From: the human T2T-CHM13v2.0 reference genome, Homo sapiens | DNA: 64,000 nt | Assembly: GCF_009914755.1 (NCBI RefSeq) | Contig: NC_060941.1 | Reading direction: 5' to 3' (one strand) | In this document: in pieces, positions 40,057 to 64,000 of the stretch | Layout of the letters: the number at the start of each line of letters is the position of its first letter | How positions within the stretch are numbered: the stretch's first letter is position 1 | Notes under the pieces: generated by a model | Database searches by the model: none | What the model was told of the DNA's origin: nothing | Seen by the model: only the letters and a program-made list of their open reading frames with translations | Position numbers and translations under genes: made by a program

Positions 40057-40834
40057 CATTCTGAGGTCATGGCACGAATCACAGTGGGGCCTTGCCCGGG
40101 TCAGCAGCGCCCAGAGTCAGGGTCCTCCGCTGCCTGAGGCGTCAACATGCCTGCCTGCAATGTGTTTGTGCACGTGCGTGCACATGTGTATGTGGGTAAA
40201 CACATCTGTGCACGTGTGTGCTGCTTCTCTGGCCAGGCCCGGCTGCCCCACTCATGTGTGCACCCAGTTCCTCATCACTGTCACCCCCGAGGCCCAGGGC
40301 CAGCATCAGAGCATCCATGGCTGCTCCCTAACCTCAGCCCTCCCCGCCCAGGGTGGTCCTGGGATACACATAGCGGTGGAGGGAAGTGACTGCTGCTGTT
40401 GGATCTCAGAATACAAAAGCTAGTACTATTACCTAATGGTCTTTTTAGTGTCTCTAATGGTATCGCTTTTTCATTTCTGATATTTTAACTGGGTATTTCT
40501 CTCCATGACCCTTGGATATTCTAGCTAGAGGATCCTGTGGGGAAAGTGCCGGGCACACAGTAGGGGCTCACTCTTCTAGACATGTTATCTAAAACCTGGT
40601 TCATCTGTCCTTCCACGCAGGGCCTAGGGGATGCCGAATTCCAGGGTCCAGAAAGAGCTTGGGATAAAAAGAAACTTCAAGGGGACGGCTTTGACCTGGG
40701 CTGAGTCTGCCTGTGCCATCCAACTGGAGTCTCAAGTCCTGAGGCAGGACGTCCAGATGCCCCAGTGCAGGGTCCTCCTGATCAACACCTGCTCCCCTGT
40801 ACTCATTAGCAACCTCACCCACCCTACTCTCAAA

Positions 40835-41178
40835 GCACACTTGGCTCTCGTATCCAGGAGCTCTGCATCTGTAGATTCAGCAACAGCAGATGGAAAATAT
40901 TCAGAAAATAAATTGGACGGTTATGTTTCTATTGAACATGTGCAGAGTTTGTTCTTGTCATTATTCCCTAAAGAATCCAGTATCACGACCATTTATGTAG
41001 CATCTGCATTGTATTACACATCATGAATAATCCAGAGATGGTCTAATGTCTACGGGAGGATGTGCATAGCTGATATGTAAATACTAGGCCATGTTATGTC
41101 AGAGACTTGAGGATCCATGGATTTTGGCATCCCCGGGGACCCTAGAACTAATCCATGGATACCAAGGGATGACTGTAT
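40835..41178. mobile_element. Tigger3/MER7-like DNA transposon (mirror copy ~53858-54201)
   Basis: gggaggatgtgcatag...atgtaaatactaggccat...gatccatggattttggcatcc...ggataccaagggatgactgta. Confidence 0.7.
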
Positions 41179-41625
41179 AAACTCACTCAGGAAGGCTTCT
41201 CATTGGAGGAAGGTCCCAGTTCAGGACACACAGGGACATCTCCCTGGACTACTGTCCATTCATCCATCCATTCATCCATTGTCTCCCCCCACCCCCCCAT
41301 CTCGGACTGTCCCAGTGACAGCCCTAGCAAGAAGAGACAAGAAACAAGTTCACGTTGTCCAGTTTTGAGGTAATGGAAGAAGTTGCACCAGTATGAGAAT
41401 AGTGGGTCAGTTTTCTACAGGATGCAGAAAGCATATCGGGCAGCCTCGGGGTGCGGAAAGGAGCCTGGCCTCTCTAGCAGCCACACAGGCCTGCAGTAGG
41501 ATGGGGCTGTGGCTGGCCATGTGGATCACTTGGGCCTCATGAGGGGAAAGGAAATACCAGGGGGGCAGAAGAGGAGCATGGGGGCAGCTGGTTGCCTAAG
41601 GAGAAGGCACCTCAGGGAAGGGGAC

Positions 41626-42665
<1,040 letters not shown>

Positions 42666-45183
42666 CTGTGTCTGTTCTTTAAAATTGTTTTGTTTTCCTT
42701 ACTCTCAGATTCTTCTTGCTGCTTATTGTGCCTTGTTGCTGCCTGTTGTGCAATTTCTTCCCTCTTGTATTTTACTGAACTTCATCTGAAGAAGCCTTAG
42801 TAGCCAGATAAACAAGCTTGTTTGGGCTAAAAAATCAATTGCTGTGTGAGAGTTTGTTGGATTCTCTTCTGAGTAAAGGGTATGTGTTTTATTGTACGGA
42901 CTTTGTATCACCTATTTTGGCTTTTCATCCAGGCCTTTTTTTTTTTTCTTTCTTTTTAGCTTCCTGGTTCTAGATACAACTGATACTCTGATACAACCTG
43001 GGTAAATGTGGTCTTGAGTAGTAAATTATCTGTGAAGCTTCTCCGAACTTTGCCACATAAATGAGCCTGCTCTTGTTGTGAAGTAAATCTTACTCTAATC
43101 TGTATGTGAGTCAGTGGGAAATAACTGAGCCTTCGGATGGCTTTTGTTGTTAACTGAGATTAGTTCTCTAGATTTTAGTGATTTTGTTTTGAACACCATA
43201 CAAGTATGTGGTTCTTGGTTTATTTGGTCACTTGTAATCTCTTTAAAATTTTATTTTAAATTAGGAAGTATTTTAGAAATACAAGAAAGTCACACACTAT
43301 GAGATTAAACAGATGTTAACATTTTGCCCCATTTTCATCAGACTGTGCATGCTTTTTTTGGGGGGGAATAAAATGTCACAGATACCACTAAAGCCCGTTT
43401 CCATCTCGTCCCACCCTGCCTCTAGAAGTAACTTCTTTCTTCAGGTAGGTGCGTATTATTCCTTTTTATTCCTACGTATAGTTTAAAACTTTAATTGCAT
43501 ATTAGTAGCCACAAACATCACATACCAATATTCTGTGCCTTTTGCATTTTTACATTAATGGTAATTATTTTTGACCTTCTGCAAATGGCTCTTTTCAGTG
43601 TTTCTTGTTAGAAAACTTGGCTCAACTTGAGTTTACTAATTATCTGCTTCTTCTTGTCTTTAGCTATTATAGAACTGTTCCACCAAGGCAACAATTATTG
43701 CTATTTTAATGGTGAAATCAGTTTTATTAGGCAAATTGACTCAGGCTTCAGACTGGCATTTGGAATTGTCACACTGGAGATTTTCTTTTACTGAAGTCTC
43801 AGGACATTGACAATCAGAAAAAAACCCTCTTGAGTCTTACTATCGTACATGTAAGATATGTTCCTGAGTGACTATAGTAAAGACTCATTCAGGAAAATGT
43901 TATCTCCGATTTCTGCCTCCCTAGCTCATAGGAAACTTCCATTGTAAAGTTGTTACCAGGCGTCAAGCTGCCTCTTTGGTACAGCCCTTACTTAGTATTT
44001 GGCTCAGTTGAAGTGCAGTCTATATAGGAGGCCAAGAAGACTTAATCCTGGGTTTGAAACAAAGCAAGGATACACTAACATTCTATCCTTTAATAACATC
44101 AAGTAGAAAAATTGAAAATGAGCTTGTTATCAGTGCACTTTTATATGCCAACCTTGTTTCACTTGTGTTTTAAACTGGGAAACTGAAGATTTTAATGCTG
44201 AAATTTCTTTGAATTATTACCTGTTTTTTTGATAGTGGAACACACAGCTAATATTTACTAATATGAAGGTGTCAAAGGTGAGAAATCATGTACTACACCA
44301 TCAGGTCAGCACTACTGTTTGGAAGAGCAGCATCACAAAGAGCAGTGTTATACTGCGTTGTAGTCAGCACATACACTTATGTCCAGACAGATATTTTAAA
44401 TTACCTTCTTGGGGTAGTACACATATGCTGATATCCAAAGTGCCATATAATACAATACATAGTTTTTAAACTTCATATCATTCTGATCAGAAGCTTTATA
44501 AACTGTTAGGTGAATGCTGTTAGATGATATGAGAGCACAATTTAACCTGTGTGTGTGTATATGTATGTCTTAACATCTATTAAGTGATGACTACATATGA
44601 GGCACTAAGTGCTAAAACAGAGACTTTACATAGATTATCCCATTATTGGTCAACTTTTTAAATAAGTGCATCTCTAATATAAGACAAGATGCTGACCAAT
44701 TTTTAAAATGTGAATGGATTTCTATTTTTAAGATAATTACCTTTGTTCCTTTGGTTCCTCCCTCCCACCCTTCCAGAAATGGTAGTATCCTGGAAAAAAA
44801 AAATTAGTAGCAATTCAAGAAACAGCTTAATTCATTAGTATAAATAGATGAGTTTCCCCTAAACACAGGAGGAGTTGGAAGGTACTTGAAATTGGATGTT
44901 GTGCATGGTGCCTTTCCAAAATGCACAAATACTTTCTCTCAAATGGTTGCAGTAGTAATGTGCTGTGTGATTTGGCATGTATAATGTTGTACAGGTATCT
45001 TGACATTGGTGGATTAACTGCTTGGCTACTGTGAAATTCACTGTAGATGTTGATGGATGAAAGTGTGGTTGCCTAGGTAATGATTAAGACCAGTAACTAA
45101 ACCACAGTTATTATTTTGCTGGCATAAACTTCAAACTCAGAAAGGTTTTTATTCATTTTACCCATTGGAGCATACCCCAGTAA

Positions 45184-46423
<1,240 letters not shown>

Positions 46424-46677
46424 TCACCATAGCGATAATTCTTTGGCTCCAAGAAATGGCTACCACCTCCTTCTTTTAAGGGGTTGTGCACAGCTTCCAC
46501 ATGGCTTGCTACACTTACCTGCCTCAGGAAGCATTTCTTTGTGATTTAGGGCATCTGTGTTTTTGTTATTTTAGATTTAGAACATTCAAATGTCTGGAAA
46601 TGAATTTGAAGTTTTGTTTAAAACAAAACAAGTTTTGTTTTAAGCAAGGTTATGACTAAATTGAAAAATGCACAAGA

Positions 46678-47007
<330 letters not shown>

Positions 47008-47035
47008 TCACAGTGGAAAAACTTAATGGCGCGTG

Positions 47036-47062
47036 CACACACACACACACACACACACACAC
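47036..47062. repeat. (CA)n microsatellite in the spacer
   Basis: About 13 CA units preceded by gcgcgtg. Confidence 0.9.
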
Positions 47063-47139
47063 GAGAAAAGATGCATAGTAACCAATGTTATTAGTAATCA
47101 GGGAAATTCTGATTAAACCAATGGACTATCAGTACAAAA

Positions 47140-48160
<1,021 letters not shown>

Positions 48161-48611
48161 GTGATTCTCCTGCCTCAGCCTCCTGAGTAGCTGGGATTAC
48201 AGGTGTGCAACACCACACCCATCTAATTTTTGTATTTTTAGTAGAGATGGGGTTTCACCTTGTTGGTCAGGCTGGTCTCAAACTCCTGACCTCGTGATTC
48301 GCCCGTCTCAGCCTCCCAAAGTGCTGAGATTACAGACGTCAGCCACCACGCCTGGCCTCTTGTGCATTTTTCAATTTAGTCATAACCTTGCTTAAAACAA
48401 AACTTGTTTTGTTTTAAACAAAACTTCAAATTCATTTCCAGACATTTGAATGTTCTAAATCTAAAATAACAAAAACACAGATGCCCTAAATCACAAAGAA
48501 ATGCTTCCTGAGGCAGGTAAGTGTAGCAAGCCATGTGGAAGCTGTGCACAACCCCTTAAAAGAAGGAGGTGGTAGCCATTTCTTGGAGCCAAAGAATTAT
48601 CGCTATGGTGA

Positions 48612-49091
<480 letters not shown>

Positions 49092-49595
49092 TGAACATAC
49101 CACAAAACTAGGTAAGAACATCAGAGTAGTACGATATCTGCATGAAAGACCTGTATACGGGTAATCATTTATTAATAACCAATACATATTTAAACATGAT
49201 TAGCTGGCAACTAAAATTACCTGCCTAAATGAGAGACAGTAAATTACAAAGTCTATAATGAGCTATTCAAAATCTGTAACACATAAAGTGAAACTACTTT
49301 GGCTTACAAAAAAAATGCTTCTCATAAGTCTTCATGTTTCAAAACAAAGACGTCATTTAATGAATGGCTTATCTTTTAAGCAGCAATATTCCTTCACACT
49401 ATTTCACCAAAACATACCTAAATAGCACTAAAACCTTTGTGTCCAACTGGCGATTTATAGCACTAAAGTTGAACAAAAAAACAAAAAGAATTCTTTGCCT
49501 ATTCAGAAGTTGACTTAAAAATTCAGAAACATGGCTGGGCACGGCAGCTCATGCCTGTAATCCCAGAACTTTGGGAGGCCAAGGTGGGTGGATCA

Positions 49596-49851
<256 letters not shown>

Positions 49852-52801
49852 TTACTGGGGTATGCTCCAATGGGTAAAATGAATAAAAACCTTTCTGAGT
49901 TTGAAGTTTATGCCAGCAAAATAATAACTGTGGTTTAGTTACTGGTCTTAATCATTACCTAGGCAACCACACTTTCATCCATCAACATCTACAGTGAATT
50001 TCACAGTAGCCAAGCAGTTAATCCACCAATGTCAAGATACCTGTACAACATTATACATGCCAAATCACACAGCACATTACTACTGCAACCATTTGAGAGA
50101 AAGTATTTGTGCATTTTGGAAAGGCACCATGCACAACATCCAATTTCAAGTACCTTCCAACTCCTCCTGTGTTTAGGGGAAACTCATCTATTTATACTAA
50201 TGAATTAAGCTGTTTCTTGAATTGCTACTAATTTTTTTTTTCCAGGATACTACCATTTCTGGAAGGGTGGGAGGGAGGAACCAAAGGAACAAAGGTAATT
50301 ATCTTAAAAATAGAAATCCATTCACATTTTAAAAATTGGTCAGCATCTTGTCTTATATTAGAGATGCACTTATTTAAAAAGTTGACCAATAATGGGATAA
50401 TCTATGTAAAGTCTCTGTTTTAGCACTTAGTGCCTCATATGTAGTCATCACTTAATAGATGTTAAGACATACATATACACACACACAGGTTAAATTGTGC
50501 TCTCATATCATCTAACAGCATTCACCTAACAGTTTATAAAGCTTCTGATCAGAATGATATGAAGTTTAAAAACTATGTATTGTATTATATGGCACTTTGG
50601 ATATCAGCATATGTGTACTACCCCAAGAAGGTAATTTAAAATATCTGTCTGGACATAAGTGTATGTGCTGACTACAACGCAGTATAACACTGCTCTTTGT
50701 GATGCTGCTCTTCCAAACAGTAGTGCTGACCTGATGGTGTAGTACATGATTTCTCACCTTTGACACCTTCATATTAGTAAATATTAGCTGTGTGTTCCAC
50801 TATCAAAAAAACAGGTAATAATTCAAAGAAATTTCAGCATTAAAATCTTCAGTTTCCCAGTTTAAAACACAAGTGAAACAAGGTTGGCATATAAAAGTGC
50901 ACTGATAACAAGCTCATTTTCAATTTTTCTACTTGATGTTATTAAAGGATAGAATGTTAGTGTATCCTTGCTTTGTTTCAAACCCAGGATTAAGTCTTCT
51001 TGGCCTCCTATATAGACTGCACTTCAACTGAGCCAAATACTAAGTAAGGGCTGTACCAAAGAGGCAGCTTGACGCCTGGTAACAACTTTACAATGGAAGT
51101 TTCCTATGAGCTAGGGAGGCAGAAATCGGAGATAACATTTTCCTGAATGAGTCTTTACTATAGTCACTCAGGAACATATCTTACATGTACGATAGTAAGA
51201 CTCAAGAGGGTTTTTTTCTGATTGTCAATGTCCTGAGACTTCAGTAAAAGAAAATCTCCAGTGTGACAATTCCAAATGCCAGTCTGAAGCCTGAGTCAAT
51301 TTGCCTAATAAAACTGATTTCACCATTAAAATAGCAATAATTGTTGCCTTGGTGGAACAGTTCTATAATAGCTAAAGACAAGAAGAAGCAGATAATTAGT
51401 AAACTCAAGTTGAGCCAAGTTTTCTAACAAGAAACACTGAAAAGAGCCATTTGCAGAAGGTCAAAAATAATTACCATTAATGTAAAAATGCAAAAGGCAC
51501 AGAATATTGGTATGTGATGTTTGTGGCTACTAATATGCAATTAAAGTTTTAAACTATACGTAGGAATAAAAAGGAATAATACGCACCTACCTGAAGAAAG
51601 AAGTTACTTCTAGAGGCAGGGTGGGACGAGATGGAAACGGGCTTTAGTGGTATCTGTGACATTTTATTCCCCCCCAAAAAAAGCATGCACAGTCTGATGA
51701 AAATGGGGCAAAATGTTAACATCTGTTTAATCTCATAGTGTGTGACTTTCTTGTATTTCTAAAATACTTCCTAATTTAAAATAAAATTTTAAAGAGATTA
51801 CAAGTGACCAAATAAACCAAGAACCACATACTTGTATGGTGTTCAAAACAAAATCACTAAAATCTAGAGAACTAATCTCAGTTAACAACAAAAGCCATCC
51901 GAAGGCTCAGTTATTTCCCACTGACTCACATACAGATTAGAGTAAGATTTACTTCACAACAAGAGCAGGCTCATTTATGTGGCAAAGTTCGGAGAAGCTT
52001 CACAGATAATTTACTACTCAAGACCACATTTACCCAGGTTGTATCAGAGTATCAGTTGTATCTAGAACCAGGAAGCTAAAAAGAAAGAAAAAAAAAAAAG
52101 GCCTGGATGAAAAGCCAAAATAGGTGATACAAAGTCCGTACAATAAAACACATACCCTTTACTCAGAAGAGAATCCAACAAACTCTCACACAGCAATTGA
52201 TTTTTTAGCCCAAACAAGCTTGTTTATCTGGCTACTAAGGCTTCTTCAGATGAAGTTCAGTAAAATACAAGAGGGAAGAAATTGCACAACAGGCAGCAAC
52301 AAGGCACAATAAGCAGCAAGAAGAATCTGAGAGTAAGGAAAACAAAACAATTTTAAAGAACAGACACAGGCTAGCCGGGTGCGGTGGCTCAGGCCTGTAA
52401 TCCCAGCACTTTGGGAGGCCGAGGCGGGTGGATCACAAGGTCACGAGTTCGAGACCAGCCTGGCCAATATGGTGAAACCCCTTCTCTACTAAAAATTCAA
52501 AAATTAGCCTGGCATGATGGCAGGTGCCTGTAGTCCCAGCTACTTGGATGAGGCAGGAGAATCGCTTAAACCCGGGAGGCGGAGGTTGCAGTGAGCTGAG
52601 ATCACGCCACTGCACTCCGGCCTTGGCGACAGAGCAAGACTCTGTCTCAAAAAAAAAAAAAAAAAAAAAAAAGAACAGATATGGACTAGGCGCGGTGGGT
52701 CATGCCTGTAATCCCAGCACTTTGGGAGGCAGAGGCGGGCGGATCACCTGAGGTCGGGTGTTTGAGACCAGCCTAGCTAACATGGTGAAACCTGGTCTCT
52801 A

Positions 52802-53337
<536 letters not shown>

Positions 53338-54979
53338 TTAAGCCTGTTTCCTTTATAAATTACCCAATCTCAGGTATTTCTTTACATCAGTGTGAAAACA
53401 AATGAATACAGTCCCCTTCCCTGAGGTGCCTTCTCCTTAGGCAACCAGCTGCCCCCATGCTCCTCTTCTGCCCCCCTGGTATTTCCTTTCCCCTCATGAG
53501 GCCCAAGTGATCCACATGGCCAGCCACAGCCCCATCCTACTGCAGGCCTGTGTGGCTGCTAGAGAGGCCAGGCTCCTTTCCGCACCCCGAGGCTGCCCGA
53601 TATGCTTTCTGCATCCTGTAGAAAACTGACCCACTATTCTCATACTGGTGCAACTTCTTCCATTACCTCAAAACTGGACAACGTGAACTTGTTTCTTGTC
53701 TCTTCTTGCTAGGGCTGTCACTGGGACAGTCCGAGATGGGGGGGTGGGGGGAGACAATGGATGAATGGATGGATGAATGGACAGTAGTCCAGGGAGATGT
53801 CCCTGTGTGTCCTGAACTGGGACCTTCCTCCAATGAGAAGCCTTCCTGAGTGAGTTTATACAGTCATCCCTTGGTATCCATGGATTAGTTCTAGGGTCCC
53901 CGGGGATGCCAAAATCCATGGATCCTCAAGTCTCTGACATAACATGGCCTAGTATTTACATATCAGCTATGCACATCCTCCCGTAGACATTAGACCATCT
54001 CTGGATTATTCATGATGTGTAATACAATGCAGATGCTACATAAATGGTCGTGATACTGGATTCTTTAGGGAATAATGACAAGAACAAACTCTGCACATGT
54101 TCAATAGAAACATAACCGTCCAATTTATTTTCTGAATATTTTCCATCTGCTGTTGCTGAATCTACAGATGCAGAGCTCCTGGATACGAGAGCCAAGTGTG
54201 CTTTGAGAGTAGGGTGGGTGAGGTTGCTAATGAGTACAGGGGAGCAGGTGTTGATCAGGAGGACCCTGCACTGGGGCATCTGGACGTCCTGCCTCAGGAC
54301 TTGAGACTCCAGTTGGATGGCACAGGCAGACTCAGCCCAGGTCAAAGCCGTCCCCTTGAAGTTTCTTTTTATCCCAAGCTCTTTCTGGACCCTGGAATTC
54401 GGCATCCCCTAGGCCCTGCGTGGAAGGACAGATGAACCAGGTTTTAGATAACATGTCTAGAAGAGTGAGCCCCTACTGTGTGCCCGGCACTTTCCCCACA
54501 GGATCCTCTAGCTAGAATATCCAAGGGTCATGGAGAGAAATACCCAGTTAAAATATCAGAAATGAAAAAGCGATACCATTAGAGACACTAAAAAGACCAT
54601 TAGGTAATAGTACTAGCTTTTGTATTCTGAGATCCAACAGCAGCAGTCACTTCCCTCCACCGCTATGTGTATCCCAGGACCACCCTGGGCGGGGAGGGCT
54701 GAGGTTAGGGAGCAGCCATGGATGCTCTGATGCTGGCCCTGGGCCTCGGGGGTGACAGTGATGAGGAACTGGGTGCACACATGAGTGGGGCAGCCGGGCC
54801 TGGCCAGAGAAGCAGCACACACGTGCACAGATGTGTTTACCCACATACACATGTGCACGCACGTGCACAAACACATTGCAGGCAGGCATGTTGACGCCTC
54901 AGGCAGCGGAGGACCCTGACTCTGGGCGCTGCTGACCCGGGCAAGGCCCCACTGTGATTCGTGCCATGACCTCAGAATG

Positions 54980-55130
54980 TCACTGGTGCTTAGCACCTAT
55001 CTGCTCTCTGGCCTGCGTCAGTGGTCTACAGCAGTTACACACAGGCAGTGGTATCTGTGAGCAGCTCTGTGGACTCAAAGGTTTTCTCCCTGAGAGGCAT
55101 GACCCAGGCCAGCTGATTCATCAGAATCAG
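54980..55130 (+). other. TBC1D3: TBC1D3 copy B 5' non-coding exon (5' boundary approximate)
   Basis: Donor cag|gtgagc at 55131; mirror of 39906-40056. Confidence 0.7.
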
Positions 55131-56559
55131 GTGAGCGTGACCTGCTCTCTTCCCTCCAGGCGGACTTGGGGGCAGTGGCTACGGTGCGGGCGGTGTTGGC
55201 CTCTGTGGGGCAGCTACCGAGGAGGGTCATCCCTGAGCACTCACCAGGCGCCCGTTCTACACTGCCCGTGTAGACGATTGGCTCTTTCGTCTCCATGGTG
55301 GCTTCGTAGAGTGGGTGCTGTTCCCAAATGTCCCCATTCGACAGATGAGACGTCTGGGGTCAGAGAGGCAGTAACCGGCCTGGGAATCCGGACATGACCC
55401 TGAGTTTTGCTCTCAGCCCTGCCGTGTGCTGTGCTGGAATTCAGGCCTGAACCCTGTGACCTCCCTGCCCTAGATCCCAAATCTGCCCAGGTTTCCCATC
55501 CCGATGGGGCAGAGCCTGGTCCTGGCAGAGCCACTGGTATAGAGCCACTGGTACAGATCCACTGACGGTCCTCAGAACACCTCTGTGCCCTAAGCTGGGT
55601 CCTGATGGTCGCTGTGGGCCCCACTGAACACACATGGTCCCTTGTCCGGGGGAGCCTGCTGCCCTTGGGCAGCTGTGGAAAATGAAGGAGCCCTGGAGGG
55701 CTGGCTGAGGGGAGACTATCTTCCCTTGTGTTCAAAGGGGTCCGGGCACTAGGGTTCTCCCCAGGTATTTCTTGCTCTGCGTGGTCCTCTTGAGGCCTCG
55801 CCCTCCTTTTGCCTCGAGTATTCCCAGGAGGGACGGTCCATCCAGCTGTTCTCCAGGACCAAGGACCCACTGTTCTTCCTCAGTGACCCAGGAAAATGAA
55901 GCCTCCTCCTGTTGGGACGGCTCAGAATGGTGGACTCCACAGTCCCTCCGCGAGAGACGTGGTTTCCATGCGTACAATAGATCTTTCTCATCCCCCAAAC
56001 CCAACACCCTCCTGCTCAACAGGCGTTATTCCTAAAGTGGCTTCACTGTTCAGACTGAAGAGCCACGGTAGCCAAAGTGATGAGCGGAGTAGAACCGAGC
56101 AGTCGGGAGAGATCTTGTTCCCTGTAGGAAACTGGGCATCGCTGAGGCCCTGAGCATCCCAGGAGGCCGATTGCACAGAGACCTCTGGTCGCTGACCCCA
56201 GTCTGCCTCCACATCCCTGGAATAGCCCATCATGGGCCCTTCACCCTTGGCAGGTGGAAACCATTCAACCTGCTGGGGCCGGTGTGTCCCCATTTCATGG
56301 CATTGGGGGACAACAGGATTCTCTGTCTAGGTCCCACTGTACTCAAGTCCTTGGGAAGATGCCCACCCCTGCTTGGGACTTGAGACTCCAGAGACTGGAG
56401 CAGCTGTGGGCCACTGGGTCTGGCCCCTTTTTCCCTGGGGGCGGCGGTGGAATGGGGGTTACGCAGCCAGCCAGCATCTGGGAGCCCGGCGAGAGCGGTT
56501 CAGGTGTTCTCCGAAGCCGCCGCGTACAGTGTGACCTTTAGACAATTCTGTCTCACAGG

Positions 56560-64000
<7,441 letters not shown>

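Overview
Primate (almost certainly human) segmental-duplication DNA from a TBC1D3 gene cluster, most likely 17q12. The dominant structure is a near-perfect palindrome. The left arm (<=31035-46874) and right arm (48161->=64000) are reverse complements, each at least 15.8 kb, around a 1,286-bp Alu-rich spacer. Each arm carries a TBC1D3 gene, so the two copies are head-to-head. The minus-strand copy is complete: 13 coding exons, 1,650 nt, 549 aa plus stop, all GT-AG introns. The plus-strand copy is intact up to the window edge in coding exon 12. I found about 15 substitutions and 2 single-base indels between the arms, including one coding change (I117T). Almost all lie in the gene body, while the inner ~7.7 kb looks essentially identical. 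The fold-back junction lies inside an Alu that is intact with its target-site duplication (TSD) on the left arm but truncated on the right. Bases 1-25 kb are AT-rich and Alu-saturated, with an orphan RPS6KB1-derived exon, a 5S rRNA fragment, and L1, LTR and DNA-transposon relics. Most ORFs in the supplied track are Alu-derived or GC-rich noise. Repeat subfamily calls and repeat boundaries are by eye and approximate.
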